DNA of 64,000 nucleotides from an uncultured SAR86 cluster bacterium (GCA_902623685.1 CACNUQ010000004.1:25590-89589), one strand, 5' to 3'. Positions 19,574 to 29,177 are shown, numbered from the stretch's first letter. The notes: a model not told the origin generated them from the sequence alone. Numbers and translations are program-made.

Positions 19574-20265
19574 TGGAAAAAGTTGCCATTCAGCTATGGA
19601 AAAATTCAAATCTAGATGCAATTGATTTCAAAAACTTTCTCATTAATGAAGTACCTCGCTCTTTAAAGGATCACATCTCAGGCTATCAAGTAAACTTGGC
19701 AGATGAAGACGTCAAAGAGGCTGCTGGCTTAATTCAATCGTGTTATCCACCAAGCCCAAATGCTATTATCTTCTTAAAAGTAAAAAACTTTTTTCATTTT
19801 GAGCAAAAGCTTTCAATATTTGAATCGCATGCTAAAAATTTTTTTAGTTATATTGTTAGCGAATCTAAAATTATTGAAGTTGATGATTCTAAGAACCTAA
19901 ATAGGCGAACTGATGGATTTTCTCAAATTGTTTTCCTTGAAAAGCCAAAAAATATTGATAGTTTTGATTGGTTTGATCATTGGACACATCATCACACTGA
20001 AATCGCAATAAAAACTCAATCAAATTTTATTTATACACAAAATACGGTTGTAAGAAAAATTAACAAAGAATCTCCAAATTTTATTGCCATCATTGAAGAA
20101 TGCTTTCCAAGTGGAGCAATGTCAGATCAAGAAGAATTCTATGCTGCTAAGGGAAACCCAACATTGCTGAAAAAAAATGCAGAAATCATGATGGAAAGTT
20201 GCAATAAATTCATTGATTTTTCAAAAATTGAAGTTATCCCAACAAGTAGATATTTAGTGATATAG
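19573..20265 (+). CDS. Hypothetical protein embedded in the catabolic operon (possibly a tandem EthD/dimeric alpha-beta-barrel-like fold; unverified)
   Basis: ATG at 19573 overlaps the SDR TGA (TGATG). The track start at 19480 lies inside the SDR gene. No motif recognised with confidence. Confidence 0.5.
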   Translation: MEKVAIQLWKNSNLDAIDFKNFLINEVPRSLKDHISGYQVNLADEDVKEAAGLIQSCYPPSPNAIIFLKVKNFFHFEQKLSIFESHAKNFFSYIVSESKIIEVDDSKNLNRRTDGFSQIVFLEKPKNIDSFDWFDHWTHHHTEIAIKTQSNFIYTQNTVVRKINKESPNFIAIIEECFPSGAMSDQEEFYAAKGNPTLLKKNAEIMMESCNKFIDFSKIEVIPTSRYLVI

Positions 20266-20290
20266 TAAATTTCAGAGGAAGGAAATAATT

Positions 20291-21061
20291 ATGGAAATTA
20301 AAAATGCCTTAATAACTGGTGCAGCCAGTGGAATGGGGAAGATTTCTGCAAAACGACTTGCAGCAGATGGAATTCATGTAGCAGCAGTTGATGTAAATGA
20401 AGAAAATCTTAATCAACTAAAACAAGAGTCTAATAATATCTCAACTTTTCATTGTGATTTGGCGGATGCAAATGCTGTCAAAGAAATGGTTAATGAGGTA
20501 CACACTCAAATAGGACCAATTGACAGAGTTACTCATGCTGGAGCAGTAATGCCAATGGGAAGAATTCAGGACTTAGATTCAACCTCTATAAACAATTTAA
20601 TGAGAATTAATTATGAGGGCACTGTAAATATTGTGAGTAATATTTTGCCAACAATGCTTGAGAATAATAGCGGGCAAATAATACTTTTTGGATCAATAGC
20701 AGGAATGTGTCCTCTTGAAAATATGTCAGCTTATTGTGCTTCTAAAGCAGCGGTAAATATTTTTGGCGAAATTTTGGCAAAGGAGGTAAAGGACACAAAC
20801 ATCAGAGTAATGGTAGTTTGTCCCGCTCAAACAAATACGCCTTTAATGAGATTTGTTGATGAGACTGATGCTCCAAATGTTATCAATGCTGCTGTGGAAA
20901 AAGGTATGCTCTGTGATCCAGAAGAGGTAGTTGATCAAATAGAAAAAGATTTACTGACTGATAAAATAATTTGTTATCCTACAAAAGAAGCAGTATATGC
21001 AACTAGAATCAGGAGGTTTTTTCCTAACTATTGGTGGAAATTAGTAGCAAAAAATTCATAA
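20291..21061 (+). CDS. Short-chain dehydrogenase/reductase (SDR)
   Basis: TGAASGMG cofactor motif and YCASKAA catalytic Y-x-x-x-K. Confidence 0.8.
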   Translation: MEIKNALITGAASGMGKISAKRLAADGIHVAAVDVNEENLNQLKQESNNISTFHCDLADANAVKEMVNEVHTQIGPIDRVTHAGAVMPMGRIQDLDSTSINNLMRINYEGTVNIVSNILPTMLENNSGQIILFGSIAGMCPLENMSAYCASKAAVNIFGEILAKEVKDTNIRVMVVCPAQTNTPLMRFVDETDAPNVINAAVEKGMLCDPEEVVDQIEKDLLTDKIICYPTKEAVYATRIRRFFPNYWWKLVAKNS

Positions 21062-21071
21062 TGAAATAACT

Positions 21072-22421
21072 ATGACAAATCCAAATACATTAGCTCCAGA
21101 TAATAGAGATCTTTCAATGTTCCCCGGAGAGTATGGCCTTCCATTTCTCGGGAAAACTATCGAATTTGTCAAAGACACGCTTGCAATGTGTAACAAGCAT
21201 TACGAGAAATATGGACCTATATCTAGGCTAGACATGGTTAAGAATCAAAGAGTCTTGATGTGTTTAGGGCCTGAGTTCAATGAGGCAGCTCTTTTTGATC
21301 CAAAAGGAAATTTCAGTGTTGCTGGAGGTTATGCAAGCTCTCTAGGAAATCTTTATCCAGATGGAATGTTAACAAGAGACGATGCAAAGCATAAGAGAAC
21401 GAGAAGAGCCTCTCAGCCAGCATTCAAAAATGATGCATTGAAAACATATGTAGATATGTTAATTCCAATCCAAGAAAGACGTATACAAGACCTTCCAGTA
21501 GATGAAGAATTTATCTTTTATGACAATATTGGACAGACCCTAATGGATGTTGCTGCGAGAGTTTTTATTGGTTTAGACGAAAAAAGCCCAGAAGCTCAAA
21601 GACTGAGCCATATATTTGCTGAAATTAATGAGGGTTTAATTACCCCATTGCCATATGATTTGCCATTCTTGCAATTTAGAAAGTCCCTCAAAGCAAGGGA
21701 AGAGTTAAGACAATTCTTTATAGAAAATATTCCTAAAAGAAGAGGAACTGACGGCCAAGATATGTTTACTAGATATTGCAATGCTACTGATGAAGATGGC
21801 GAATATCTGGATGATGTTGACATAGACGGCCATATAGCATTTTTGTTATTCGCTGCATTTGATACAACAACAAGTGCTTTGACAAATATCCTATATTACC
21901 TTGGAAAAAATCCAGAATGGCAGGACAAAGTTAGAAATGAAATTTTCAGTGTAAGAAATGAAATGCCAACTTTTGATGATTTGTCTGAAATGATTTTAAC
22001 TGAGTATGTTTTTCAAGAAACTTTAAGGTTTTATCCATCTGTAATGGTTTTGAATAGACGCACAACTAGAGATGTTCATGTAGCAGGCTACGATATACCA
22101 GCAAATACCGTTGTGATGATCAGCCCACCCTTTACTCACAGAATGGAACAATGGTGGGATGACCCATATACATTTGATCCAATGAGATTTTCTCCTGAGC
22201 GAGCAGAGCATAAGAGACATGGTTTTAGTTATATACCCTTTGGTGGTGGTGCGCATAAATGTATAGGAATGCACTTTGCAATGATGAATGCCAAACTATA
22301 TTTATTTAGACTTCTTAAAAACTATCAAATCAATTTAAGACCTGATTATGATCCTGCTTTTCAGCATGTTCACTTACCTCGACCTATCGATGGTCTTCCA
22401 CTAACACTTACTAGGATTTAG
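21072..22421 (+). CDS. Cytochrome P450
   Basis: Heme loop FGGGAHKCIGMHFA, ETLR (E-x-x-R), I-helix AAFDTTTS, N-terminal PGEYGLPFLGKT. Confidence 0.9.
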   Translation: MTNPNTLAPDNRDLSMFPGEYGLPFLGKTIEFVKDTLAMCNKHYEKYGPISRLDMVKNQRVLMCLGPEFNEAALFDPKGNFSVAGGYASSLGNLYPDGMLTRDDAKHKRTRRASQPAFKNDALKTYVDMLIPIQERRIQDLPVDEEFIFYDNIGQTLMDVAARVFIGLDEKSPEAQRLSHIFAEINEGLITPLPYDLPFLQFRKSLKAREELRQFFIENIPKRRGTDGQDMFTRYCNATDEDGEYLDDVDIDGHIAFLLFAAFDTTTSALTNILYYLGKNPEWQDKVRNEIFSVRNEMPTFDDLSEMILTEYVFQETLRFYPSVMVLNRRTTRDVHVAGYDIPANTVVMISPPFTHRMEQWWDDPYTFDPMRFSPERAEHKRHGFSYIPFGGGAHKCIGMHFAMMNAKLYLFRLLKNYQINLRPDYDPAFQHVHLPRPIDGLPLTLTRI

Positions 22422-22424
22422 TCT

Positions 22425-23234
22425 ATGATTCCAAAAGGATCGTTTATTGAGGTCAATGACGATTTTAAATTCCATTATTATGATGAGGGTGATGGCGAAG
22501 TTGTAGTTTTGCTTCATGGAAGTGGAACAGGCGCATCTGGACACACAAATTTTAAAAATAATTTTTCTGCTCTTAGAGATGCAGGTTTTAGAGTAATTTT
22601 GCCTGATCTTCCTGGGTATGGATTTTCCAGTAAGCCAGATAATGAAATATATTCATTACAATATTTCAACAAAAAAATAATTGAGTTTGTTGATGCCCTA
22701 AAAATTGAAGAATTTTCATTATTGGGAAATAGTTTAGGCGGTGCATTGTCTATTGGTCTTGGTCTAGATCATCCTACAAGAGTAAAAAAGCTAATTTTAA
22801 TGGCTCCTGGAGGTATAGAAGATTTTGAAGTTTACAATTCAATGCCGGGAATTAAAAAATTACTTTCTGATTTTTTAGGCGGTGATATGGATCAAGAAAA
22901 AATAGAGGGATTGCTTGAGCTGTTTCCATATGATAAATCGATAGTAACTAAAGAGATGATTGAAGAGAGAATGGAAATTTTACCCCTCATGAATGCTCAA
23001 GTAATGGCTACAATGGATATACCCAATATGGAATTAGATCTTCCATCAATTACTCAGCCTGTGCTTGCTTTTTGGGGAATGAATGATCAATTCATTCCAG
23101 TTTCAGGTGCAATGAAAATAGGTAATGGCTGCCCAAATTCCCAGATAATGCTTTTTAGTCAATGTGGACACTGGGTCATGATTGAGCAGGAAGCAGTTTT
23201 TAATAACGCTTGTATAAACTTTTTAAATTCTTAG
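22425..23234 (+). CDS. Alpha/beta-hydrolase, meta-cleavage product (C-C bond) hydrolase (HsaD/TesD/BphD-like)
   Basis: HGSGTGAS, nucleophile elbow GNSLGG, C-terminal CGHWVMIE (catalytic His context). Located with extradiol and lower-pathway genes. Confidence 0.8.
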   Translation: MIPKGSFIEVNDDFKFHYYDEGDGEVVVLLHGSGTGASGHTNFKNNFSALRDAGFRVILPDLPGYGFSSKPDNEIYSLQYFNKKIIEFVDALKIEEFSLLGNSLGGALSIGLGLDHPTRVKKLILMAPGGIEDFEVYNSMPGIKKLLSDFLGGDMDQEKIEGLLELFPYDKSIVTKEMIEERMEILPLMNAQVMATMDIPNMELDLPSITQPVLAFWGMNDQFIPVSGAMKIGNGCPNSQIMLFSQCGHWVMIEQEAVFNNACINFLNS

Positions 23235-23237
23235 AGC

Positions 23238-24023
23238 ATGAACCCTGATACTATTGCTGATATTGCGTTCGAGTTATTTTCAGCATTAAAAAAGCAAAAA
23301 ATGATTCAGCCTTTGACAGATAGGTATCTAGATATAGATATCAATGATGCATATCAGATTTCTAAAAAATTCCTTTCTCATCGGGAGATTGAGGGAGAAA
23401 AAGTTATTGGTAAGAAAATTGGTGTAACAAGCAAGGTTGTGCAGGATATGCTTGGTGTAAATCAACCAGACTTTGGCTTTTTAACTAATACAATGCATGT
23501 TAAAAATAAATCAGATTTTTTAATTTCAGAGCATTTAATACAACCAAGAGCTGAAGCTGAAATTGCCTTCATTTTAAAAGAAGACCTCTATGGACCAGGT
23601 GTTACCAAGGAGGATGTGATTGCGGCAACAGAAAAAATTATACCCTGCTTCGAGATAGTTGATTCAAGAATAGATGATTGGAATATCAAGATTCAAGATA
23701 CTATTGCGGACAATGCGTCTTGTGGAATTTTCGTATTAGGTGAGGGCACAGTTTCTCCAAATAAGTTTGCAATGGATGAACTAGAGGTTGAAGTTTTTAA
23801 AAATAATGAATTTCTTTCTTCAGGTAAAGGTTCTGCAGTTCAAGGGCACCCTGCTGAAGCTGTTGCATGGCTAGCTAATACTTTAGGTGAATATGATATA
23901 CCATTGCTAAAAGGTGAATTTATTTTATCTGGCTCATTGGTGCCATTAGAACCTGCCGTAGCTGGAGATAAATTTAGAATGAACCTTAAAGGCGTTGGAA
24001 CCTGCGAAATCAATTTTACTTAA
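23238..24023 (+). CDS. 2-keto-4-pentenoate (2-hydroxypentadienoate) hydratase (HsaE/TesE/MhpD-like)
   Basis: 261 aa with a fumarylacetoacetate-hydrolase-like hydratase pattern (KIGVTSK..Q...[15 protein letters not shown]). Immediately upstream of the dehydrogenase/aldolase pair. Confidence 0.8.
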   Translation: MNPDTIADIAFELFSALKKQKMIQPLTDRYLDIDINDAYQISKKFLSHREIEGEKVIGKKIGVTSKVVQDMLGVNQPDFGFLTNTMHVKNKSDFLISEHLIQPRAEAEIAFILKEDLYGPGVTKEDVIAATEKIIPCFEIVDSRIDDWNIKIQDTIADNASCGIFVLGEGTVSPNKFAMDELEVEVFKNNEFLSSGKGSAVQGHPAEAVAWLANTLGEYDIPLLKGEFILSGSLVPLEPAVAGDKFRMNLKGVGTCEINFT

Positions 24024-24025
24024 TT

Positions 24026-24949
24026 ATGAATAAAACAAAATGCGCAATTATAGGATCTGGAAACATTGGAACAGATTTAATGCTTAAAATTATTAATACC
24101 TCTGATTATTTAGCATTGAATGGTGTGATTGGGATTGATCCCGAGTCAGAGGGTCTTGCTATGGCAAAGTCTTTAAATATTCCAACTTCCTCAGATGGAC
24201 TAGAGGGATTTATGGAAATGCAGGAGTATCAAGATACTTTTATATTTTTTGATGCCACTTCAGCAGGCGCACATAAAACTCATCATGATTTAATTGTAAA
24301 AGATAAAAAGCAGATGATTGATTTGACTCCAGCTGCAATTGGGCCATATTGCGTTCCAGTTGTAAATTTGTCTGAGCACTTAAAAGAACAAAATGTAAAT
24401 ATGGTTACATGTGGAGGTCAAGCAACTATTCCAATGGTTGCCGCAGTTAATCAAGTATCTAGTGTGAAATATGCTGAAATAGTTGCATCAGTCTCTTCTA
24501 AGTCTGCAGGGCCGGGAACGAGAGCAAATATTGATGAGTTTACTCAGACTACAGCCCTTGGTCTCGAAAAGGTTGGTGGTGCAGATAAAGCAAAAGCAAT
24601 AATTGTATTAAATCCAGCAGAGCCACCTTTGTTGATGAGAAACACTGTTTTTACTTTGTGTGATCCGGCTGATCAGGAATTAGTTAAAGAAAGCATTGAG
24701 TCAATGGTTAAAAGAGTTCAATCCTATGTACCGGGATATCGATTGAAACAAGAGGTTCAATTTGAAAGATTTGGCTCTAATAACCCTTGTTCCATTCCTG
24801 GATATGGTGAATTTGAAGGTTTAAAAGCCTCAATTTTTCTTGAAGTCGAAGGAGCTGGCCACTATCTTCCTACATATGCTGGAAATTTAGATATCATGAC
24901 TTCAGCCGCAATGGGAACAGCGCATGAGCTTATAAATTTAAATTCATGA
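24026..24949 (+). CDS. Acetaldehyde dehydrogenase (acylating) (HsaG/TesF/MhpF-like)
   Basis: [24 protein letters not shown] (catalytic Cys), [13 protein letters not shown]. Confidence 0.9.
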   Translation: MNKTKCAIIGSGNIGTDLMLKIINTSDYLALNGVIGIDPESEGLAMAKSLNIPTSSDGLEGFMEMQEYQDTFIFFDATSAGAHKTHHDLIVKDKKQMIDLTPAAIGPYCVPVVNLSEHLKEQNVNMVTCGGQATIPMVAAVNQVSSVKYAEIVASVSSKSAGPGTRANIDEFTQTTALGLEKVGGADKAKAIIVLNPAEPPLLMRNTVFTLCDPADQELVKESIESMVKRVQSYVPGYRLKQEVQFERFGSNNPCSIPGYGEFEGLKASIFLEVEGAGHYLPTYAGNLDIMTSAAMGTAHELINLNS

Positions 24950-25962
24950 AAAAGTTATATATTCAAGATGTGACATTAAGAGATGGTATGCATGCTATTC
25001 GGCATCAATATGGACTTGATCATGTAATTGAAATTGCAAAAGCCTTGGATGATGCAAAAGTTGATGCTATTGAGGTTGCTCATGGGGATGGTTTAGCAGG
25101 ATCATCATTTAATTATGGGTTTGGTGCGCATACAGATAAAGAATGGATAGGCGCTGTTGCTGAAAATTTGAATCATTCAAAGTTAACAACTTTAATCTTG
25201 CCAGGTATTGCTATAAAAGAAGACCTTAAGTGGGCTTGGGATCTAGGAGTCAGATCTGTAAGAGTTGCAACGCATTGCACAGAAGCAGATGTTTCAAAAC
25301 AACATATAGAATTTGCAAGAGAGTTGGGAATGGATACTATTGGTTTCTTGATGATGTCTCATATGACCTCACCATCTAATTTAGCTAATCAAGCTAAGCT
25401 TATGGAGTCATATGGAGCTGAATGTGTTTATGTTGTAGATTCAGGAGGTGCATTAAGCATGAAAGATGTCGCTGATAGGTTTAAAGCTTTTAAAGATACA
25501 CTAGATCCAAAAACTCAAACAGGTATGCATGCTCATCATAATCTATCATTGGGCGTATCTAACTCCATTGTTGCAGTTGAAAATGGAGCAAATCGTGTTG
25601 ATGCAAGTTTGGCTGGAATGGGAGCTGGTGCAGGCAATGCTCCTCTTGAAGTTTTTATTGCAGCTATTGATAGGCTTGGATGGTCTCATGGGACAGATTT
25701 ATTTAAATTAATGGATGCGGCAGAGGAGTTGGTTAGGCCTTTGCAAGACAGACCTGTAAGAGTAGATAGGGAAACTTTAACCTTAGGGTATGCAGGAGTT
25801 TATTCATCATTTTTAAGGCACGCCGAGTCAGCGGCTGAGACCTATAACTTAGATACCAGAGAAATTTTGGTTGAGTTAGGTAAAAGAAAAATGGTTGGAG
25901 GTCAGGAGGACATGATTGTCGATGTTGCACTTGATTTAATAAAACAAAAATCTAAGTCATGA
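24946..25962 (+). CDS. 4-hydroxy-2-oxovalerate aldolase (HsaF/TesG/MhpE-like)
   Basis: [49 protein letters not shown] overlap with the dehydrogenase gene. Confidence 0.9.
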   Translation: MKKLYIQDVTLRDGMHAIRHQYGLDHVIEIAKALDDAKVDAIEVAHGDGLAGSSFNYGFGAHTDKEWIGAVAENLNHSKLTTLILPGIAIKEDLKWAWDLGVRSVRVATHCTEADVSKQHIEFARELGMDTIGFLMMSHMTSPSNLANQAKLMESYGAECVYVVDSGGALSMKDVADRFKAFKDTLDPKTQTGMHAHHNLSLGVSNSIVAVENGANRVDASLAGMGAGAGNAPLEVFIAAIDRLGWSHGTDLFKLMDAAEELVRPLQDRPVRVDRETLTLGYAGVYSSFLRHAESAAETYNLDTREILVELGKRKMVGGQEDMIVDVALDLIKQKSKS

Positions 25963-26846
25963 AAATTGGCATGACCCTCCCGGTCATGGAGCCTGATCTT
26001 ACAAGAAAAGATCTAGAACAATGGACTAAAAAAATTGATACGGGTCCTTGGTCTCATATTGCTCTTGGAGAGAGAATTTTATTTCCAAATCCCGAATTTA
26101 TTTCTACTTTAAGTGCTGTATCCGCTTGGACTAACCGAGTAGAGATTATTGCAACGGTGTCTATTCTAACAATGCATAATCCTATTCTTAGCGCTAAACA
26201 ATTTGCAACAATTGATCTGCTTGCAGAGGGCAGATTCACTCTAGGTGTTGGTGTTGGAGGAAGAGAAGAAGACTATACTGCCATTAATTCCAATTGGTCA
26301 GCTAGAAGATGGGCAACTCTTGCAAAGAATGTTAAAACCATGCAGTCAGTTTGGTCGAAAGATTATCATAAAGAAATGGGCCCAAACACCTTTTCAAAGG
26401 CTGGACCTCAAATTCTAGCAGGCGCGGTTGGACCAAAGGCAATGTCCATGTCAGCTGATTTTGCAGAGGGATTAGCAGGTTTTTCATTTAATGCAGATCT
26501 AAAAGAAATTAATGATTCGTTTAACAGAGTAAAAGAGGCGTTTAGTCAGAAAAAAATTTCTCCAAGGCTAATAACAAGTTTCTGGTTTGGGTTAGGAGAT
26601 ACGGGTCGGGATGATATTAAGACACACTTAACAAGATATTTAGGATGGATGGGCGAAGATCTTGCAAAAAATTTATCGGAAATAGCAGGATTTTCTGGAA
26701 ATCAAAACGAGCTATACAATTTTTTAGTTGAAATTAAAGAGTTGGGCGCAACAGATGTTCTGTTAGTTCCTACTTCAAAGGATATTAGTCAGCTTTCAAT
26801 GGCAGAAGAAGTAGTATCTATATTCAATCAAGAATCAAGCGATTGA
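25959..26846 (+). CDS. Luciferase-like (LLM class) flavin/F420-type oxidoreductase
   Basis: 295 aa. LLM-like pattern ([30 protein letters not shown]). ATGA overlap with the aldolase gene. Confidence 0.65.
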   Translation: MKIGMTLPVMEPDLTRKDLEQWTKKIDTGPWSHIALGERILFPNPEFISTLSAVSAWTNRVEIIATVSILTMHNPILSAKQFATIDLLAEGRFTLGVGVGGREEDYTAINSNWSARRWATLAKNVKTMQSVWSKDYHKEMGPNTFSKAGPQILAGAVGPKAMSMSADFAEGLAGFSFNADLKEINDSFNRVKEAFSQKKISPRLITSFWFGLGDTGRDDIKTHLTRYLGWMGEDLAKNLSEIAGFSGNQNELYNFLVEIKELGATDVLLVPTSKDISQLSMAEEVVSIFNQESSD

Positions 26847-26932
26847 CTAATTTGATTGCTTTGATACTCGTTGATTAATTTCAATATATATATAATAGTA
26901 ATTATTGGATTAGATAATATAGGGAGAAAATT

Positions 26933-27382
26933 TTGACTGATCAAGAGCTCATAGCACCTGATTTACCAGAACAGAGAGACCCAAAGAAAGCTCAACTGAA
27001 GCCTGGATGGTATAAAGTTGCTGATAGCAATGACATAGGTTCAATGGAGGCCATACAAGTGGATGATTTTCCTACGCAAATCGTAGTATGGAGAGGCAAA
27101 GATGATCAATTATCAGCGCTCGACTTATATTGTAGACACATGGGTGCATCATTGGCTTGCGGGGAGGTTGAAGAAGATGGAATTAGGTGTCCTTTCCATG
27201 CGTGGCGATGGTCTGGAGAGGGTCCATGCAATGAAGTACCTTATGCAAAGAGGATACCTCCAAAAGCTATTACTCGTTCATGGGAAGTGGATGAGCTTGA
27301 CGGCTCAATTTATGTTTGGTTTGATAGAGATGGTAATTCTGCAGATTTAAATGGAGAAAGAATAGATGAGCTCAGTTTTTAA
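26933..27382 (+). CDS. Stand-alone Rieske [2Fe-2S] domain protein (KshA N-terminal-domain-like)
   Basis: TTG start 5 nt after AGGGAGA. Rieske ligands CRHMG...CPFHAWRW. Ends after the YVWFDRDGN segment that in KshA links to the catalytic domain. Confidence 0.8.
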   Translation: MTDQELIAPDLPEQRDPKKAQLKPGWYKVADSNDIGSMEAIQVDDFPTQIVVWRGKDDQLSALDLYCRHMGASLACGEVEEDGIRCPFHAWRWSGEGPCNEVPYAKRIPPKAITRSWEVDELDGSIYVWFDRDGNSADLNGERIDELSF

Positions 27383-28238
27383 AGAAGATATTTTAACCAG
27401 CGACCTTCCTGATAGATTCCCTAGGGGTTGGTTTGCGCTTGGTCATCAGAGAGATTTTCCTGTTGGAGAGACTAAAAATATATTTGGATTTAACAGAAAA
27501 ATTAAAGTTCTCAGAACAGATGATGGAATTAGTATTGATGTTGGTGACGGCGAACCATGGCCAGTTTTGGAAAGGAATCAAATGGTTTTAGTTTGGCATG
27601 ATGTTGAAAAGGGAGATCCTGATTATCTGCCCAAAAAAATAGAAGAGTGTTACTCCGATGAGTGGTCAGATTATGGAATGGCTAGTTTTCTTGTAAAAAA
27701 TAATTGCCGTGAACTTATAGACAATATGGCAGATAAAGGTCATTTTGGTCCTGTGCACCAGGCTCCATTCGAAGGTTTTTGGAATGAAGCTAAGGACCAT
27801 ACTTACACCCAAGAAATGACAGCAGACAGTCCTATTCTCGGACGCGATCTTTTTTCACAAGCAACTTATGAGGGTCCAGCCTATATGACAACATACATGA
27901 GTGCAGTGCATGACGGCATGAAGGTTGAGAGCAGGCTTGCAGTAACTCACATTCCATTAACATTGACATCATTTCAAATTAACTTTGGGGTTATGGTAAA
28001 AAAAGTTCCAGGTATGTCAGCTGAAGATGAGGCAGCTTTTATTCAGGGATATGTCGATGCAAATAATTATGCTTTTGGGCAAGATGTTGCGATTTGGGAA
28101 AATAAAATATATATACCCGATCCAGTAGTATGTGATGGCGATGGCCCACTTAGAAAGTTAAGAAAATGGTATGGACAGTTTCTAGTCAATAGAGCAGATA
28201 TTCCCTCTGGATTGGATCTTAAAAAAAGAGAATTCTAA
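27366..28238 (+). CDS. KshA-like oxygenase catalytic subunit with a ligand-less vestigial Rieske fold
   Basis: Own SD (GGAG) and ATG, overlapping the upstream ORF by 17 nt. Mononuclear-iron motif DNMADKGHFGPVH (D-x2-H-x4-H) and QDVAIWENK...DGPLRKLRKWYGQF. The N-terminus RGWFALGHQRDF...LVWHD has no Cys/His cluster ligands. Confidence 0.8.
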   Translation: MSSVFKEDILTSDLPDRFPRGWFALGHQRDFPVGETKNIFGFNRKIKVLRTDDGISIDVGDGEPWPVLERNQMVLVWHDVEKGDPDYLPKKIEECYSDEWSDYGMASFLVKNNCRELIDNMADKGHFGPVHQAPFEGFWNEAKDHTYTQEMTADSPILGRDLFSQATYEGPAYMTTYMSAVHDGMKVESRLAVTHIPLTLTSFQINFGVMVKKVPGMSAEDEAAFIQGYVDANNYAFGQDVAIWENKIYIPDPVVCDGDGPLRKLRKWYGQFLVNRADIPSGLDLKKREF

Positions 28239-28264
28239 TTCTTAACTAAAAAGCATTTTACAAA

Positions 28265-28732
28265 GTGAAAGTTTCGCTAGATGATCTTGACCATAAAATC
28301 CTAGAAATCTTAGAGCTTGACGGTCGTGCACCAGCAAAATCAATTGCTGAAAAATTGTCTATCAACGAAGTAACTGTTAGTAAAAGATTATCAAAAATCA
28401 TCGATGGAGGTTTTTGTAAAATTATAGCCATAGCTGATTTTGAAAAGTGTGGCTATGATTATTTACTTCCTGTAGGAATTAGAGTTCAGGGCGATAAATT
28501 AGAGGAGGTAGCCGAGATACTTTCAAATCAAAAAGAAATTTTTAGCGTTAATGTTGTCAGTGGAATACAAGATATTGAAATTCTATGCGCAACTAAAAGC
28601 TTACATGAAACAAAAATATTTTTAGATGAAACATTGCCATCAATTGTTGGAATAAAAAGTATTGCTCCTGCAATAGCATCTAGTGTGTATAAATTTGAAA
28701 CTGACTGGACTCCCTTTGCAAATGAAGCTTGA
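28265..28732 (+). CDS. Lrp/AsnC family transcriptional regulator
   Basis: GTG start. N-terminal HTH LDHKILEILELDGRAPAKSIAEKLSINEVTVSKRL followed by a RAM-like domain. Confidence 0.75.
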   Translation: MKVSLDDLDHKILEILELDGRAPAKSIAEKLSINEVTVSKRLSKIIDGGFCKIIAIADFEKCGYDYLLPVGIRVQGDKLEEVAEILSNQKEIFSVNVVSGIQDIEILCATKSLHETKIFLDETLPSIVGIKSIAPAIASSVYKFETDWTPFANEA

Positions 28733-29177
28733 CCAAACTGATAAAAAAATCATTCAATTGCTAGGTGCAGATGCAAGAATGTCAAATAATCAAATGGCGA
28801 AAGTAATTGGAGTTACAGAGGGCACTGTTAGAAATAGAATTCAAAAACTTATTCAAAATAAGGTAATAAAAATTTCTGTAATCAATAACATTAACCGTTT
28901 AGAAAATCCTTCTTTAGCTTTTGTTGGTTTGGATGTTGAAACGCGCTCCAAAGATTCAGTTGCAAAAGCTCTTTCAAAAATGAAAGAAGTAAGGTTTGTT
29001 TCAACTTTATTGGGCCGTCATGACCTAATGGTTTTTATTCTTGCAGAGGATGTCACCAAGCTTTCAAAAGTACTATATGAAGAAATTTCTTCTTTGCCCG
29101 GTGTAAGATTTTCAGAATCCTCTATTGGATTAAAATATTACAAATATGATTATCGATGGGCGAGGATACTAGATTGA
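28722..29177 (+). CDS. Lrp/AsnC family transcriptional regulator (second copy)
   Basis: ATG giving MKLDQTDKKIIQLLGADARMSNNQMAKVIGVTEGTVRNRIQKL. Overlaps the upstream regulator by 11 nt. Confidence 0.75.
   Translation: MKLDQTDKKIIQLLGADARMSNNQMAKVIGVTEGTVRNRIQKLIQNKVIKISVINNINRLENPSLAFVGLDVETRSKDSVAKALSKMKEVRFVSTLLGRHDLMVFILAEDVTKLSKVLYEEISSLPGVRFSESSIGLKYYKYDYRWARILD

Noticed and set aside
26851-26896. An internal promoter call upstream of the Rieske ORF (TTGATT at 26871 and TATAAT at 26891, with three TTGAT repeats).
   Set aside because: The spacer is only 14 nt, and such hexamers arise by chance in AT-rich DNA. This is not enough to annotate a promoter.
26933-28238. Reading the Rieske/catalytic ORF pair as a simple frameshifted kshA pseudogene or a sequencing error.
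   Set aside because: ORF2 has its own SD and ATG. Both ORFs contain their own copy of the N-terminal KshA pattern and of the VW(F/H)D junction, which a single-base frameshift of one gene cannot produce. Only read-level data can fully exclude an assembly artefact.
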